Below are positions 19,285 to 30,200 of a stretch of DNA of 64,000 nt, piece after piece. Source of the stretch: an uncultured Verrucomicrobiae bacterium (GTDB lineage: Bacteria > Verrucomicrobiota > Verrucomicrobiia > Chthoniobacterales > UBA10450). Each line of letters starts with the position of its first letter. Position 1 is the stretch's first letter. The translations under genes were made by a program, and so were the position numbers. Below the pieces are notes generated by a model that saw only the letters and a program-made list of their open reading frames with translations, did not search any database and had not been told where the DNA came from. Location: positions 192,001-256,000 of the forward strand of contig CAVYXA010000003.1 of the NCBI GenBank assembly GCA_963772365.1, in the 5' to 3' direction.

Positions 19285-21241
19285 ATGAAAAACGAGTGGG
19301 ACGTCGAGTCAGCTATCGCGACCTACAACATTGATCGCTGGGGAAGTGGTTATTTCACGATCAATGCGAATGGCAACGTAATCGCCAAGCCGCTCCAGCA
19401 GAATGGCGGCTCCATCGACATTCTCGAAGTAGTCAACGAAGCGCGCCGGCGAGGGCTCAGTTTTCCGTTGGTGATTCGTTTTCAGGATTTATTGCGGCAT
19501 CGTGTCGAATCTGTGAACCGGGCGTTTCAGGACGCCATCACCGAGTTTGGTTACCGCAACCAGTATCGCGGCGTCTTCCCGATCAAAGTGAATCAATTGC
19601 GCGAAGTGATCGAAGAAATTGTCGATGCTGGCCAGCAATTTCATTTCGGGCTCGAGGCTGGGAGTAAGCCGGAATTGGTCGCCGCCCTGGCGATGCACAA
19701 GGACCCGGAGAGTCTCATCATCTGCAACGGATATAAAGACGCGGCCTTCATTCGGGTGGCGTTGCTGGGGCGAAAACTTGGCAAATCGGTCGTGATCGTG
19801 GCCGAAAAGCTCGAAGAACTTGAGCAGACCATTCGCGCGGCAAAAGAGGTCGGGGTCGAACCGCATATCGGGATCCGGATTCGACTGTACAGCAAAGGCG
19901 CCGGCAAATGGTCACCCAGCGGTGGTGAGAACGCGAAGTTCGGCCTTGGCACGACGCATCTCGTCGCTGCCAGCCAGATGTTGAAGGACGCCGGGTTCGC
20001 TCATTGTCTCAAGCTGGTTCATTTTCACGTCGGGTCGCAGGTGCCCGACATTTCCACGATTAAACGCGCTGTGCGCGAAGCCGCACGTTATTACGCGAAA
20101 CTGGCGAAGCTCGGCCATCAACTTGGTTATCTCGATGTGGGCGGCGGACTCGGTGTGGATTATGACGGATCGCGCAGCGATTTCGACAGCTCAGCGAATT
20201 ACTCGCTTCAGGAATATGCCAACGATGTGATCTGGAACGTCATGGACGTTTGCGATTCTGAAGGCGTCCCGCATCCCGCGATCGTTAGCGAGGGCGGTCG
20301 CGCCATCGTAGCGCATCATTCCGTATTGGTGATGGAAGCCTTTGGCGCAATCGAGAAAACCGCGCCCAAACTAAAAGTTGAAGCCACGGAGAAAGATCAC
20401 AAACTCGTTCACGACATTCTCGACGTGAAACAGCGACTCAAGCGCGGCAACCGCATGGAGAGCTTGCACGACATCCAGCAGATCAAGGAAGAATCGCAGC
20501 AGACATTCGATCTCGGCCTGCTCGATCTCGAGTCAAAAGCCAAGATCGACACCGTCTATTGGCAGCTCGCTCATCAGATCGTCAATATGCATCGCGGTCT
20601 CCGTTACGTTCCGGAGGAAGTGAAGGACCTCGAAGTTACTTTGGCCGATCAATACATCTGCAATTTCTCCGTGTTTCAGTCGTTGCTCGATCACTGGGCA
20701 CTCGGCCAACTGTTTCCGATCATGCCAATTCATCGGCTAACAACTCCGCCCGATCGGCATGGGACGATCGTCGATATTACCTGCGACTCCGACGGCAAAG
20801 TGTCGAAATTCACCGATGTCCAGGACGTGCGGGAGACGCTTCCGCTGCATCGCATTACGCCGGGCGAGCTTTATTACCTCGGCGTGTTCATGGTGGGCGC
20901 TTATCAGGATATCATGGGCGATCTGCACAATTTGTTTGGCCGCGTCACCGAAGTGCACCTGTTTCTCGACCCAGACGAAGAATCGGGTTGGTACATCGAG
21001 GAAGTGATTGAAGGCAGCACAATCGGCGAAGTTCTGGCTATGACGCAATGGGACAAGGTTGAGCTGATGCGCCTCTTAAAATCGCAAGTCGACGTTGCCA
21101 TTAAGACCGATTTCCTGAAGCCGAGCGAAGCAATGAAACTTCTGACGGATTACGAACGGCTATCTGCAGGAATACACTTACCTTTCGCTTAACGGCACCA
21201 AGCCGGCACCACAACCCGGCAACTGGCTACCCTTGAGTTGA
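19285..21241 (+). CDS. speA: Biosynthetic arginine decarboxylase (apparent +1 frameshift near 21163)
   Basis: VFPIKVNQ, GLEAGSKPE, HFHVGSQ, LDVGGGLGVDYDG, DITCDSDG and GAYQDIMGDLHNLFG. Removing one base near 21163 restores ...RLLQEYTYLSL... ending at TGA 21241. Confidence 0.93.
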
Positions 21242-21286
21242 AGTTTCTGACGTTGGCATAGACCGGCCTGCGACGCGAAAATCGCC

Positions 21287-22709
21287 ATGCTTTTCAATTC
21301 GCTCACCTTCGTCGTCTTCTTTGTTGTTGTTGTCTCACTTTACTGGAGCATCCGCAGTTGGCGGGCGCGCAAGAATTTGCTCGTCGTTGCCAGCTATATT
21401 TTCTACGGCGCATGGAACCCGCCGTTCGCTGCATTGCTTTTTTCTACAACGGCCATGGATTTCTGGCTCGGCCGCCAAATTGCCAAAGCGCAAGATCGAC
21501 ATGCGAAGAAACGATGGCTGGTCGCGAGCGTTTGCATGAATCTGAGCATGCTCGGTTTTTTTAAATACGGAAATTTCCTGCTCCAGAATTTCCAATGGTT
21601 GCTGGCAAGGATCGGAGTCATTTATCAGCCGCCGCACCTCGACATTCTGCTCCCCGTCGGCATTTCGTTTTATACGTTTCATTCACTTTCTTATACGCTC
21701 GACATTTATCGAGGCGTCTTACAACCAACGCGGTCGCTGCGAGATTTCGTGCTGGCCGTCTCGTTTTTTCCACAGCTTGTGGCCGGACCGATCTGTACGG
21801 GCGGGAGATTTTCTGCCGCAACTCGCTCATCCGCCGCGTTTGAAGACAAACCAATTTCTTTGGGGATTGGCGCTGATGACTCTGGGACTGTTCGAGAAGA
21901 TCGTGCTTGCCGACACCTTGCTCTCCGGTTCGGCCGATCGCGTCTTCGGTTATCCCGGACCGTTGGTAGCGCTCGATTCCTGGGCCGGTGTCCTCGCCTT
22001 CGCCGGGCAAATCTTTTTCGATTTCGCCGGTTACTCCATTTGTGCCATTGGCGCCGCATTGACGCTTGGCTTTCATCTCAAGGACAATTTTCGTTTTCCT
22101 GTACGCCGCGATTGGTTTCTCGGACTTCTGGCGGCGCTGGCACATCTCGCTCTCCACATTTTTGCGGGATTACCTTTATATTCCGTTAGGCGGAAATCAG
22201 GTCCGCCCGTTTCGCGCTGCCTTGAATCTTGTCATTGTCATGTTTCTTGGCGGGCTTTGGCACGGCGCGGCCTGGACGTTTGTCGTCTGGGGACTGTTGC
22301 ACGGCTCTTACCTGGTGATCGAACGCATCTGCCGGGTGTTGTTTGAAAACAAGTCCTGGGCCGGAGCCCCCCGGTGCGAATGCTCACCGGCTTCGCCACT
22401 TACGGCGCGGTTTGCATCGCGTGGGTTTTCTTTCGAGCGTCCGATTTCTCGATTGCAGACCGAATGTTAGGCGGAATGTTTGGCGGCCATTCGCATGGCG
22501 ATGCGATTCTGAGCACGCGCGAACTTCTCCAGATCGGCATCATCACCGCCGGAGTGATCGCGATGCATTGGGCAATGCGAGAGGATTCATTCGAGACTGC
22601 CGTGATGCGTCTACCGCATTGGGTTGTCGCCGCCATTGGTGCATTCATGGCCTGCGCCATCATTCTGACTCAGGGAAACAGCAATGCCTTCATCTATTTC
22701 CAATTTTAA
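21287..22709 (+). CDS. MBOAT O-acyltransferase (AlgI/PatA/DltB family), three apparent frameshifts (~21794, ~22100, ~22370)
   Basis: [69 protein letters not shown] and FIYFQF*, distributed over successive frames. Confidence 0.88.
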
Positions 22710-23844
22710 ACGGCGACTTCGGCTGCCCACATTGTTCTTTCGCAAACCGCCGCGCGAAGAGCAAATCCATGGAGGCCCGCCCCTCGAATTCGAGCGCCCG
22801 ATTCCACCTGCGCCCTGGCGGGGAATTGCTGTAGCCATTACCGTCGTAGTCATCGCTGTGACCGCGGCTTGGGAATTGTATGCTCGCTCCCTCGGCTATC
22901 GTCCGACGCTCAATGACAACGAAGATTTGTGGACCATGGTACGTCGAAAAGTCCAGCCGGAATCACTCGTCATTATCGGTGATTCGCGCGCATGGTTTGA
23001 TGTCGATCTTGACGAAATCGAGCGCGGCCTCGGTAAACGTCCCCTGCAGCTGGCTCTTGCGGGTTCGACCACCTATCCAGTTCTGGCCGATCTCGCCGCC
23101 GATAAGAATTTTCATGGCACGATCATTTGCAGCGTCGTGCCGGCTTTGTTTTTTGCTCCGCCAGACACTCCCCCAATGGCGCGGCCGGAGAAAACGGTGA
23201 GACGATTCCATAACCAAACTCCTGCCCAACGCGCGAGCGAATACCTGGCAATTCCGTTGGAAGAACATCTCGCCTTTTTGAAACCGGACGATCTAAGTCT
23301 CGAGGCGCTGCTCAATCAGCTGCCCATTCCAAATCGGCCCTGGGCGCTCGTGCCGCCGCGTTTCCCTCCTTATTTTCAAACACAGGACCGCGAGCGGCGC
23401 GCTCGCATGTGGGAAAAATGCTCCGAACCGGGGAGCAATCTCGCGAAAGAGATACAACAAATTTGGATTCCTCTTTTCACGCCACCACCACCGCCGAGTT
23501 ACATCCCGAAGGACATTTTTTTCGCGGCAATGAAGAAAGGAATTGAAAAACGTTTCGCCGACGTCACCGCCGCTGTGGAAAAGATTCGCGCCCGTGGCGG
23601 CAAGATCGTGTTCGTGCGTTTTCCGCACAGCGGCGGATTGAAGGAACTCGAAGACAAAATCACACCGCGCCAACAAACTTGGGATCTGTTACTGGAAAGA
23701 ACGCACGTGACTGGGATTTACTATTCCGATTTTCCCGAGCTTTCTGGATTCAATTGTCCGGAATGGTCGCATTTGTCGGCAGGCGATTCGGTAGAATTCA
23801 CCCGGCGACTTATTCCACATCTTCGCGAGGCGCTGAAGATGTAG
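22684..23844 (+). CDS. MBOAT-associated membrane-anchored SGNH-like protein (putative periplasmic acyltransferase partner)
   Basis: N-terminal TM segment; IIGDSR motif and C-terminal EWSHL; overlaps the MBOAT stop. Confidence 0.7.
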   Translation: MPSSISNFKRRLRLPTLFFRKPPREEQIHGGPPLEFERPIPPAPWRGIAVAITVVVIAVTAAWELYARSLGYRPTLNDNEDLWTMVRRKVQPESLVIIGDSRAWFDVDLDEIERGLGKRPLQLALAGSTTYPVLADLAADKNFHGTIICSVVPALFFAPPDTPPMARPEKTVRRFHNQTPAQRASEYLAIPLEEHLAFLKPDDLSLEALLNQLPIPNRPWALVPPRFPPYFQTQDRERRARMWEKCSEPGSNLAKEIQQIWIPLFTPPPPPSYIPKDIFFAAMKKGIEKRFADVTAAVEKIRARGGKIVFVRFPHSGGLKELEDKITPRQQTWDLLLERTHVTGIYYSDFPELSGFNCPEWSHLSAGDSVEFTRRLIPHLREALKM

Positions 23845-23911
23845 ATGTCGATGCGACGAAGCATTTGGGTCGGCGCCGATTTTCGGTCGCCCTCTCGCGG
23901 AGACGGCTTAC
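23841..23911. repeat. Degenerate GTAG-type REP-like element
   Basis: Begins with GTAG (containing the upstream stop) and ends ...CCCTCTCGCGGAGACGGCTTAC. Confidence 0.4.
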
Positions 23912-23922
23912 AATTTGATTTA

Positions 23923-25314
23923 ATGGCGCAGCTTTCATCAATCTCAGTTAAAGAAGCATTCCAACGCGCTGCGCCGATCGACGCTGTCTGCGTACGGGGT
24001 TGGGTGCGAACCCGCCGCGACTCGAAGGATTTTTCGTTTATCGAGCTGAACGACGGTTCGTCCCTGCGCAGCCTTCAGGTCATCGCACGAAACTCACTGC
24101 CGAATTATTCGGACGTTCAGCGGTTAACAACGGGTTCATCGATCATAGTGACCGGAGCGCTCGTGGAATCACAAGGCAAAGGCCAAAAATGGGAAGTGAT
24201 GGCGGATACGATAGAGATCGTCGGCACTGCGGATGATTCCTATCCGCTCCAGAAAAAAGGGCACACGCCGGAATTTTTGCGCGAAATTGCACACCTGCGG
24301 CCGCGCTCGAATCTGTTCGGCTCGGTCTTTCGTGTGCGGAGTCGGCTGGCTTTTGCCATTCACAAATTCTTTCAGGAACGCGGCTTCGTTTACGTTCACA
24401 CGCCTATCATCACTGGCAGCGATTGCGAAGGCGCCGGCGAGCTGTTTCGGGTAACGACTCTCGATGCAAACAATCCACCCAGAAACGATTCCCAGATCGA
24501 TTACGCGAAAGATTTTTTTGCGCGTCAGACTTATCTGACAGTAAGCGGCCAGCTCGAAGCCGAAGCCTTCGCCTGTGCATTGTCGAAGGTGTACACGTTC
24601 GGGCCAACGTTTCGTGCGGAAAACTCAAACACATCGAGGCACGCCAGCGAGTTCTGGATGATCGAGCCGGAAATGGCCTTTTGCGATTTGAACTGCGACA
24701 TGGATCTGGCCGAGGAAATTGTGAAATACCTGGTCCGCGACATTCGAGAAAGTTGTCCTGACGAGATGGAGCTCTTCGCGAAGTTTGTGGACAAGGAATT
24801 GATGACCCGTCTCGATTTCGTGCTGGAACGGCCATTCCAGCGCGTAAGTTATACCGACGCTGTCGATCTTCTGAAAAGGAGCGGCGAGAAATTCGAGTTC
24901 CCGATCGAGTACGGAGTCAACCTACAATCTGAGCATGAGCGTTGGCTGACCGAAAAACATTTCAAATGCCCGGTGACAGTTTTCAATTATCCGAAGGAAA
25001 TCAAACCGTTCTATATGCGGCTGAACGATGACGGCAAAACGGTGACGGCGATGGACCTGCTCGTGCCCGGGATTGGCGAAATCGTCGGAGGCAGCCAGCG
25101 CGAAGAACGTCTCGATGTGCTGGAGCAAAATATACGCAGGCACAAAATGGATCCGGCCGACTACAAATGGTATCTCGATCTGCGCCGTTATGGAACAGTG
25201 CCACACGCCGGGTTCGGCCTCGGTTTTGAGCGAATGCTGATGTTTGTTACCGGCGTATCAAACATTCGCGACGTCATTCCATTCGTCCGCACACCCGGCA
25301 GCGCCGAGTTCTAA
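23923..25314 (+). CDS. asnS: Asparagine--tRNA ligase
   Basis: [45 protein letters not shown] and GFGLGFER motifs. Confidence 0.96.
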   Translation: MAQLSSISVKEAFQRAAPIDAVCVRGWVRTRRDSKDFSFIELNDGSSLRSLQVIARNSLPNYSDVQRLTTGSSIIVTGALVESQGKGQKWEVMADTIEIVGTADDSYPLQKKGHTPEFLREIAHLRPRSNLFGSVFRVRSRLAFAIHKFFQERGFVYVHTPIITGSDCEGAGELFRVTTLDANNPPRNDSQIDYAKDFFARQTYLTVSGQLEAEAFACALSKVYTFGPTFRAENSNTSRHASEFWMIEPEMAFCDLNCDMDLAEEIVKYLVRDIRESCPDEMELFAKFVDKELMTRLDFVLERPFQRVSYTDAVDLLKRSGEKFEFPIEYGVNLQSEHERWLTEKHFKCPVTVFNYPKEIKPFYMRLNDDGKTVTAMDLLVPGIGEIVGGSQREERLDVLEQNIRRHKMDPADYKWYLDLRRYGTVPHAGFGLGFERMLMFVTGVSNIRDVIPFVRTPGSAEF

Positions 25315-26663
25315 TCGCTTTGCCGCGCCGCTTCGGCGAATGCGAGGTCGCCGGATTTCAGATCGAGTTCGGTTTCTTGTTTCGTGCCGAAGACGCGTGC
25401 GCGTCGGTCGTCGAATTCACCTTCCCAGCGCGCGACTACGACCGTGGCGAGGCAATTGCCAATGACATTTACGCAGGTGCGACCCATATCCATCAGCTCG
25501 TCCACGCCGAAAATTATCGCCACGCCGATCGGTCCGAGGCCCGACGGAACAAACGAATTCAAAGCGCCAAGCAGGATCACGAGCGACGCGCGTGGAACAC
25601 CGGCAACGCCTTTAGAAGTCAGCATCAACGTTAGCATCATCGTGATTTGCTGTCCGATTCCCATGTGCCAGCCGATAGTGGTCTCCGCTGCCTGGGCCAC
25701 GAACACGGACGCCATCGCCAAGTACAATGTCGATCCTGTGAGATTAAAGGAGTAACCAGTCGGCATCACGAAACCGACAATCGATGGCGGCACACCAAAG
25801 CGTTCCATTGATTCCATCGCTTTCGGTAACGCCGATTCGCTACTCGTTGTCGCAAACGCCAGCGCAGCGGGTTCGCGGACGGCTCGAAAAAATTGGCGCA
25901 ATGGAACGCGCGCAATCCAGATTACGATGCCAAAAACTATCACCAGAAAAATGATCAGTGCGACATAAAGCGAAGCGATCAGTTTGCCGAGGTTGAGAAG
26001 GACGCCCGGTCCCTGTGTGCCAATCGTGTGCGCCATCGCCGCACCCACGCCGATCGGCGCGAACATCATAACATAATTCGTAAACTTGAACATGATCTGG
26101 GCGAGGCTGTCCATCGCGCGGAGGATCGGTTTTCCTTTTTCGCCGACGGCTGAAACTGCGAGGGCAAACAAAACACTGAACGCAACGATTTGTAGAACGT
26201 CGCCGCGCACCATGGCGTCGATCACGCTCGAGGGAAACACGTGCACGATCATCTCGGTGAAGCTCTGGGGATGGGTTTGCCCGATCGTTTTGACGATGTC
26301 GATGTTGCCGGCGGCCAGGGTGACGCCTGTTCCCGGTTTCGTGAAATTTACAATCGCCAATCCGATGAAAAGGGCGGCGGTCGTGACAATCTCAAAGAAC
26401 ACGAGCGCTTTGATTCCAATCCGGCCGACTTTTTTCAGCGCGCCCGCGCCCGCGATTCCGACGATAATTGTTGAGAAAACCAGCGGTGCGATGATCGCCT
26501 TGATGAGATTAATGAAAATATCGCGCAGGAAATAGACTTTGTTTCCCCAGTCCGGCCGCAGCCATCCGATGAGCGCGCCAACGATCAGCCCGATCATGAT
26601 CTGCATCGTGAGCGACGGGCGATACCATGGCCGCCGGACCTGATCGACAGACTTCGAGCTCAT
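25311..26663 (-). CDS. Dicarboxylate/amino acid:cation symporter (GltP/DctA family)
   Basis: AFATTSSESALP, PTGYSFNL, SKGVAGVPRAS and DMGRTCVNVIGN motifs. Confidence 0.93.
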   Translation of the reverse strand: MSSKSVDQVRRPWYRPSLTMQIMIGLIVGALIGWLRPDWGNKVYFLRDIFINLIKAIIAPLVFSTIIVGIAGAGALKKVGRIGIKALVFFEIVTTAALFIGLAIVNFTKPGTGVTLAAGNIDIVKTIGQTHPQSFTEMIVHVFPSSVIDAMVRGDVLQIVAFSVLFALAVSAVGEKGKPILRAMDSLAQIMFKFTNYVMMFAPIGVGAAMAHTIGTQGPGVLLNLGKLIASLYVALIIFLVIVFGIVIWIARVPLRQFFRAVREPAALAFATTSSESALPKAMESMERFGVPPSIVGFVMPTGYSFNLTGSTLYLAMASVFVAQAAETTIGWHMGIGQQITMMLTLMLTSKGVAGVPRASLVILLGALNSFVPSGLGPIGVAIIFGVDELMDMGRTCVNVIGNCLATVVVARWEGEFDDRRARVFGTKQETELDLKSGDLAFAEAARQSD

Positions 26664-26667
26664 TGTT

Positions 26668-26927
26668 ATCCGCAGATGTCGCAGATTTTCTCAGATTAAG
26701 GAACAGCAAATCTGTGTAAATCTGGGTAATCTTCGGCTGAAAGTTCCGGCCATGTTTTTGAGTCATCTTGAATGCACCTCCTGCGGATTGGGCCATGAAT
26801 GGGCACATCTGCAAAACGCGTGCACGGCCTGCGGCAAACCGCTCTTCGCGATTTACGACCTGAAAGCGGTTCGCAAGCTCGACGGCCTAAAGCCGTCGAG
26901 TTTCAAAGAGCACGAAAAAGGATTGTG
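26668..26927 (+). repeat. Direct repeat copy A (~260 bp) of the thrC upstream region and 5' end
   Basis: Aligns to 29951-30200 with few substitutions and one 9-10 nt repeat-unit indel. Confidence 0.95.
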
Positions 26928-26928
26928 A
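26752..26928 (+). pseudogene. Truncated 5' fragment (58 codons) of the threonine synthase gene
   Basis: [12 protein letters not shown]...EHEKGL then TGA where the intact copy has TGG. Confidence 0.9.
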
Positions 26929-27244
26929 GCGGCCATACATTACTCCCACTTCGCCATTGATCTCGCCAGGTTCCGGTTCGCGAATAATCGATTGCGAGTT
27001 GGGTGGTCTTTTCTGGGCGTCTGGCAGCCCGAAACCAGAAAAATCGGGATCGCGAGAATAACCAGTCTCGCTAGAACCATAGTTCAGTCCTTCAGCGCGA
27101 ATTTCGGACGCAGCCTCCCCGCAAAATGGCATCGGTCACTCAGACTCGCTGCAAAATTGCAGAGCCTAGCAAAGAAAAGATCGACAATTTGAAAGCATTC
27201 ACGTAAAACGCGCGGAAACGAAAAGAACTCGACAAAGAGAGGGT

Positions 27245-29928
27245 TTGATGGCCTGGCAGAACGGCGGTCTCGCAATCGCAGTCGTTGCTATTCTTGCGGT
27301 CGGGGCGGCGAACTGGCCCGACCACGCGGGCGGAAAAGACACGTCAATTACTCCCGTCGTCCCGACTTCGTCACAAGTTACTTTGGATTATCCGAGCACG
27401 ATTTCCACCGTCAGCGGGCCGGATTACGGCAGCGGGCGGCCGCTGGGAGACGGCGGCGGTGCCGTCGCTTTTCAGGCCGACGATCGTTTAGACCAGATTT
27501 TTCTCAACACCGGCTTGTGCACCGCCGACAGTTCGGAGTGGGTTTTTCAAATGAGCAATTTCACGACTGGAAGCGGCTACACCAACAACTTCGATGTTTA
27601 CATCAATGGCATGAAGGTGGGCAGTTACTCATTCGCTCCGGGCGACGGCAATCCTGTTAACTTCGATCTAATTTTCACGCATCCGGGATTGGCGGTCGGG
27701 AGTGCCAGGCTCAGCATCGTTGCGACTTCAACCGTGCCGGGAGGTGATGGCGCGTGGAACTGGATCGCGGGTGGGACCGTTACGCTGTCCGGCACCGCGG
27801 GTCCATGCTGTGTTCGTGCGCCGGCCGGGATGATCGCGTGGTGGAAAGGCGAAGGCGATGCCAAGGACAGTCAGGAGGATCACAACGGAACGAACAACGG
27901 CGCCACCTTTACTTCAGGCGAAGTCGGACAGGCGTTCACCTTCGATGGAACTGATGACAATGTTTCAATTCCGGATAGCGCCGATTGGAACTTCGGCACC
28001 GGCGATTTCACTTTCGATTTCTGGGAGAAAAGCAGCGTGAGCGCCGAAAATCGAGAGTATGCGCTCTCTTTCGACCCGGTCCCAGACACCACTAATCTCG
28101 AGTTCAATTTCAACGACGCGGATGTGGGCTTGTGGGTTTACTGGAACGGCGGCGGCCCCATCGGAACTAATGCTATTCAAGTAGGGACAGGCGGCCAATA
28201 TACCGATGATCAATGGCATCACATTGCTTTAACCCGAAGCGGATCGACCCTTACCCTTTACATAGACGGCCTGGCTGTCGGCACCGCGGACTATTCCGAT
28301 CCCATCGATCTATCTGGCGGCAATAATAATTATTTGGGCAAGTACGCCGGAAATGACTTTTTCTGGAATGGCCAGATCGACGAAGTCGAAGTATTTAAGC
28401 ACGCGCTGAGCGCCGACGAAGTCGCCAGTATCTATTCAGCCTCGAGCGCTGGGAAATGTCCGTGCACACCGGCGCCCGATGGAATGATAAGCTGGTGGCG
28501 CGCCGATGGGGATGGTGTGGATACTCAAGATGGCAACCATCTTTCTTTCACCAATGGTGAGGCCTACGGTTCCGGTGAAGTCGGACAAGCTTTCAGCTTT
28601 AACGGAAGTAACTCGGCCAGCGCAGGCAATCCTTCAAATTTGGACATAACCGGTGATCAGGTGACGATCGATGGCTGGATAAATCCTAGCTCCGAGCTCA
28701 GGTACCGAGTCTTGGTTTTTTGGCAAAGACGCGGACGGCGGCAACCTCCAGTACGCTTTGCAATGGGAAGCAGGCAACCTCGTTGGCCGGATCAATAACA
28801 CAACAATACAGGCTTCCTTCACGCCGCCGACTGGAACCTGGACACACATTGCTCTCACGTATAATGGCTCGGCCAATCCATCGACAATTTTTGTACGTTA
28901 ACGGCACCGTTCTGACTACGTCGGCTGTCCCGACCGGAAACATCACTAGCACCACGGCGCCCTTCGTGATCGGCGCCTTCGGAGACGGCGCCCGTAATTT
29001 TGCTGGCCTGATTGATGAGGTCGAAGTGTTTGTCCGCGAATTAAGCGCAGCCGAGATCGCCGCGATCTACAACGTCGGCGGCGCTGGTAAGTGCAAACCG
29101 CAACCAACGCCCACGCCGACCCCCACACCTACGCCGACTCCGAGTCCAACGCCCACTCCGACCCCAACCCCCACTCCCACGCCTGCTTCCACCGATTTCA
29201 ACCGTGACGGCAAACCCGATTATGTCCTTTACAATGCCAGCACCCGGCAGAGTGCGATCTGGTATTTGAACAACAACATTTATCTCAGCGGCGCATTCGG
29301 ACCAACGCTTCCCATGGGCTGGATGATTGTCGATGTGGCGGATTTCAACCGCGATGGCAAACCCGATTACGCCCTTTACAATGCCAGCACGCGCCAAACA
29401 GCGATCTGGTATCTAAACAACAATGTCTTTGTCAGCGGCGTATTCGGACCAACTCTGCCCTCCGGCTGGGCCTTGGCGGCAGTAGGCGATTTCAACGGCG
29501 ACGGCAAACCCGATTATGCGCTTTACAAGGCCAGCACCCGGCAGACCGCAATCTGGTATTTGAACAACAAGGTCTATGTCAGCGGCGCCTACGGACCGAC
29601 TCTGCCCGTGAACTGGCGCCTGGTGGGCACATCGGATTTCGACCGCGACGGCAAACTTGATTACCTGCTCTTCAATAGCAGCACCCAACAATCAGCGATC
29701 TGGTATTTGAACAACAACGTTTATCTCAGCGGCGCATACGGACCAACCATTGCCGCCGGTTACACTTTGACTGGCACCGCCGATTTCAATCGGGATAGCA
29801 AGCCCGATTTCGTGCTCTTCAAATCGACGACGCGTCAAACCGCCATTTGGTATCTGAACAACAATCTCTTTGTAAGCTCGCTTTACGGGCCAACCTTGCC
29901 AGCAGGTTGGATTCTGGCAGCCCCGTAA
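27245..29928 (+). CDS. Secreted protein with two LamG-like domains, Pro-Thr linker and five FG-GAP-like repeats (frameshifts ~28700 and ~28890)
   Basis: GMI(A/S)WW...G(Q/L)IDEVEVF LamG motifs twice; a third frame bridges the two ORFs (GTESWFFGK...[10 protein letters not shown]); PTPT linker at ~29100-29184. Confidence 0.82.
29194..29928 (+). repeat. Five tandem 147-bp (49-aa) coding repeats
   Basis: [28 protein letters not shown]...GPTLP units start at 29194, 29341, 29488, 29635 and 29782. Confidence 0.93.
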
Positions 29929-29950
29929 CTGCTATTCGTCAGCGAGAAAC

Positions 29951-30200
29951 ATCCGCTGATTTCGCAGATTAAGGAACAGCAAATCTGTGTAAATCTGGGT
30001 AATCTGCGGCTGAAAGTCCCGTCCATGTTTTTGAGTCATCTTGAATGCACCTCCTGCGGACTGGGCCATGAATGGGCGCGTCTGCAGAATGTGTGCACGG
30101 CCTGCGGCAAACCGCTCTTCGCGATTTATGACCTGAAAGCGGTTCGCAAGCTCGACGGCTTAAAGCCGTCGAGTTTCAAAGAGCACGAAAAAGGATTGTG
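29951..30200 (+). repeat. Direct repeat copy B, overlapping the start of the intact thrC-like gene
   Basis: Aligns to 26668-26927. Confidence 0.95.

Noticed and set aside
21150..21241. Programmed frameshift in speA
   Set aside because: No slippery sequence is evident, and similar one-base breaks occur in unrelated genes, so sequencing error is more likely.
29194..29928. 147-bp repeats as a CRISPR array
   Set aside because: They are in-frame coding repeats with synonymous variation, no unique spacers and no cas genes.
26752..30200. thrC duplicate as a DGR template/variable repeat pair
   Set aside because: Differences are mixed C/T and A/G transitions, not confined to adenines of one copy, and no reverse transcriptase is in the window.
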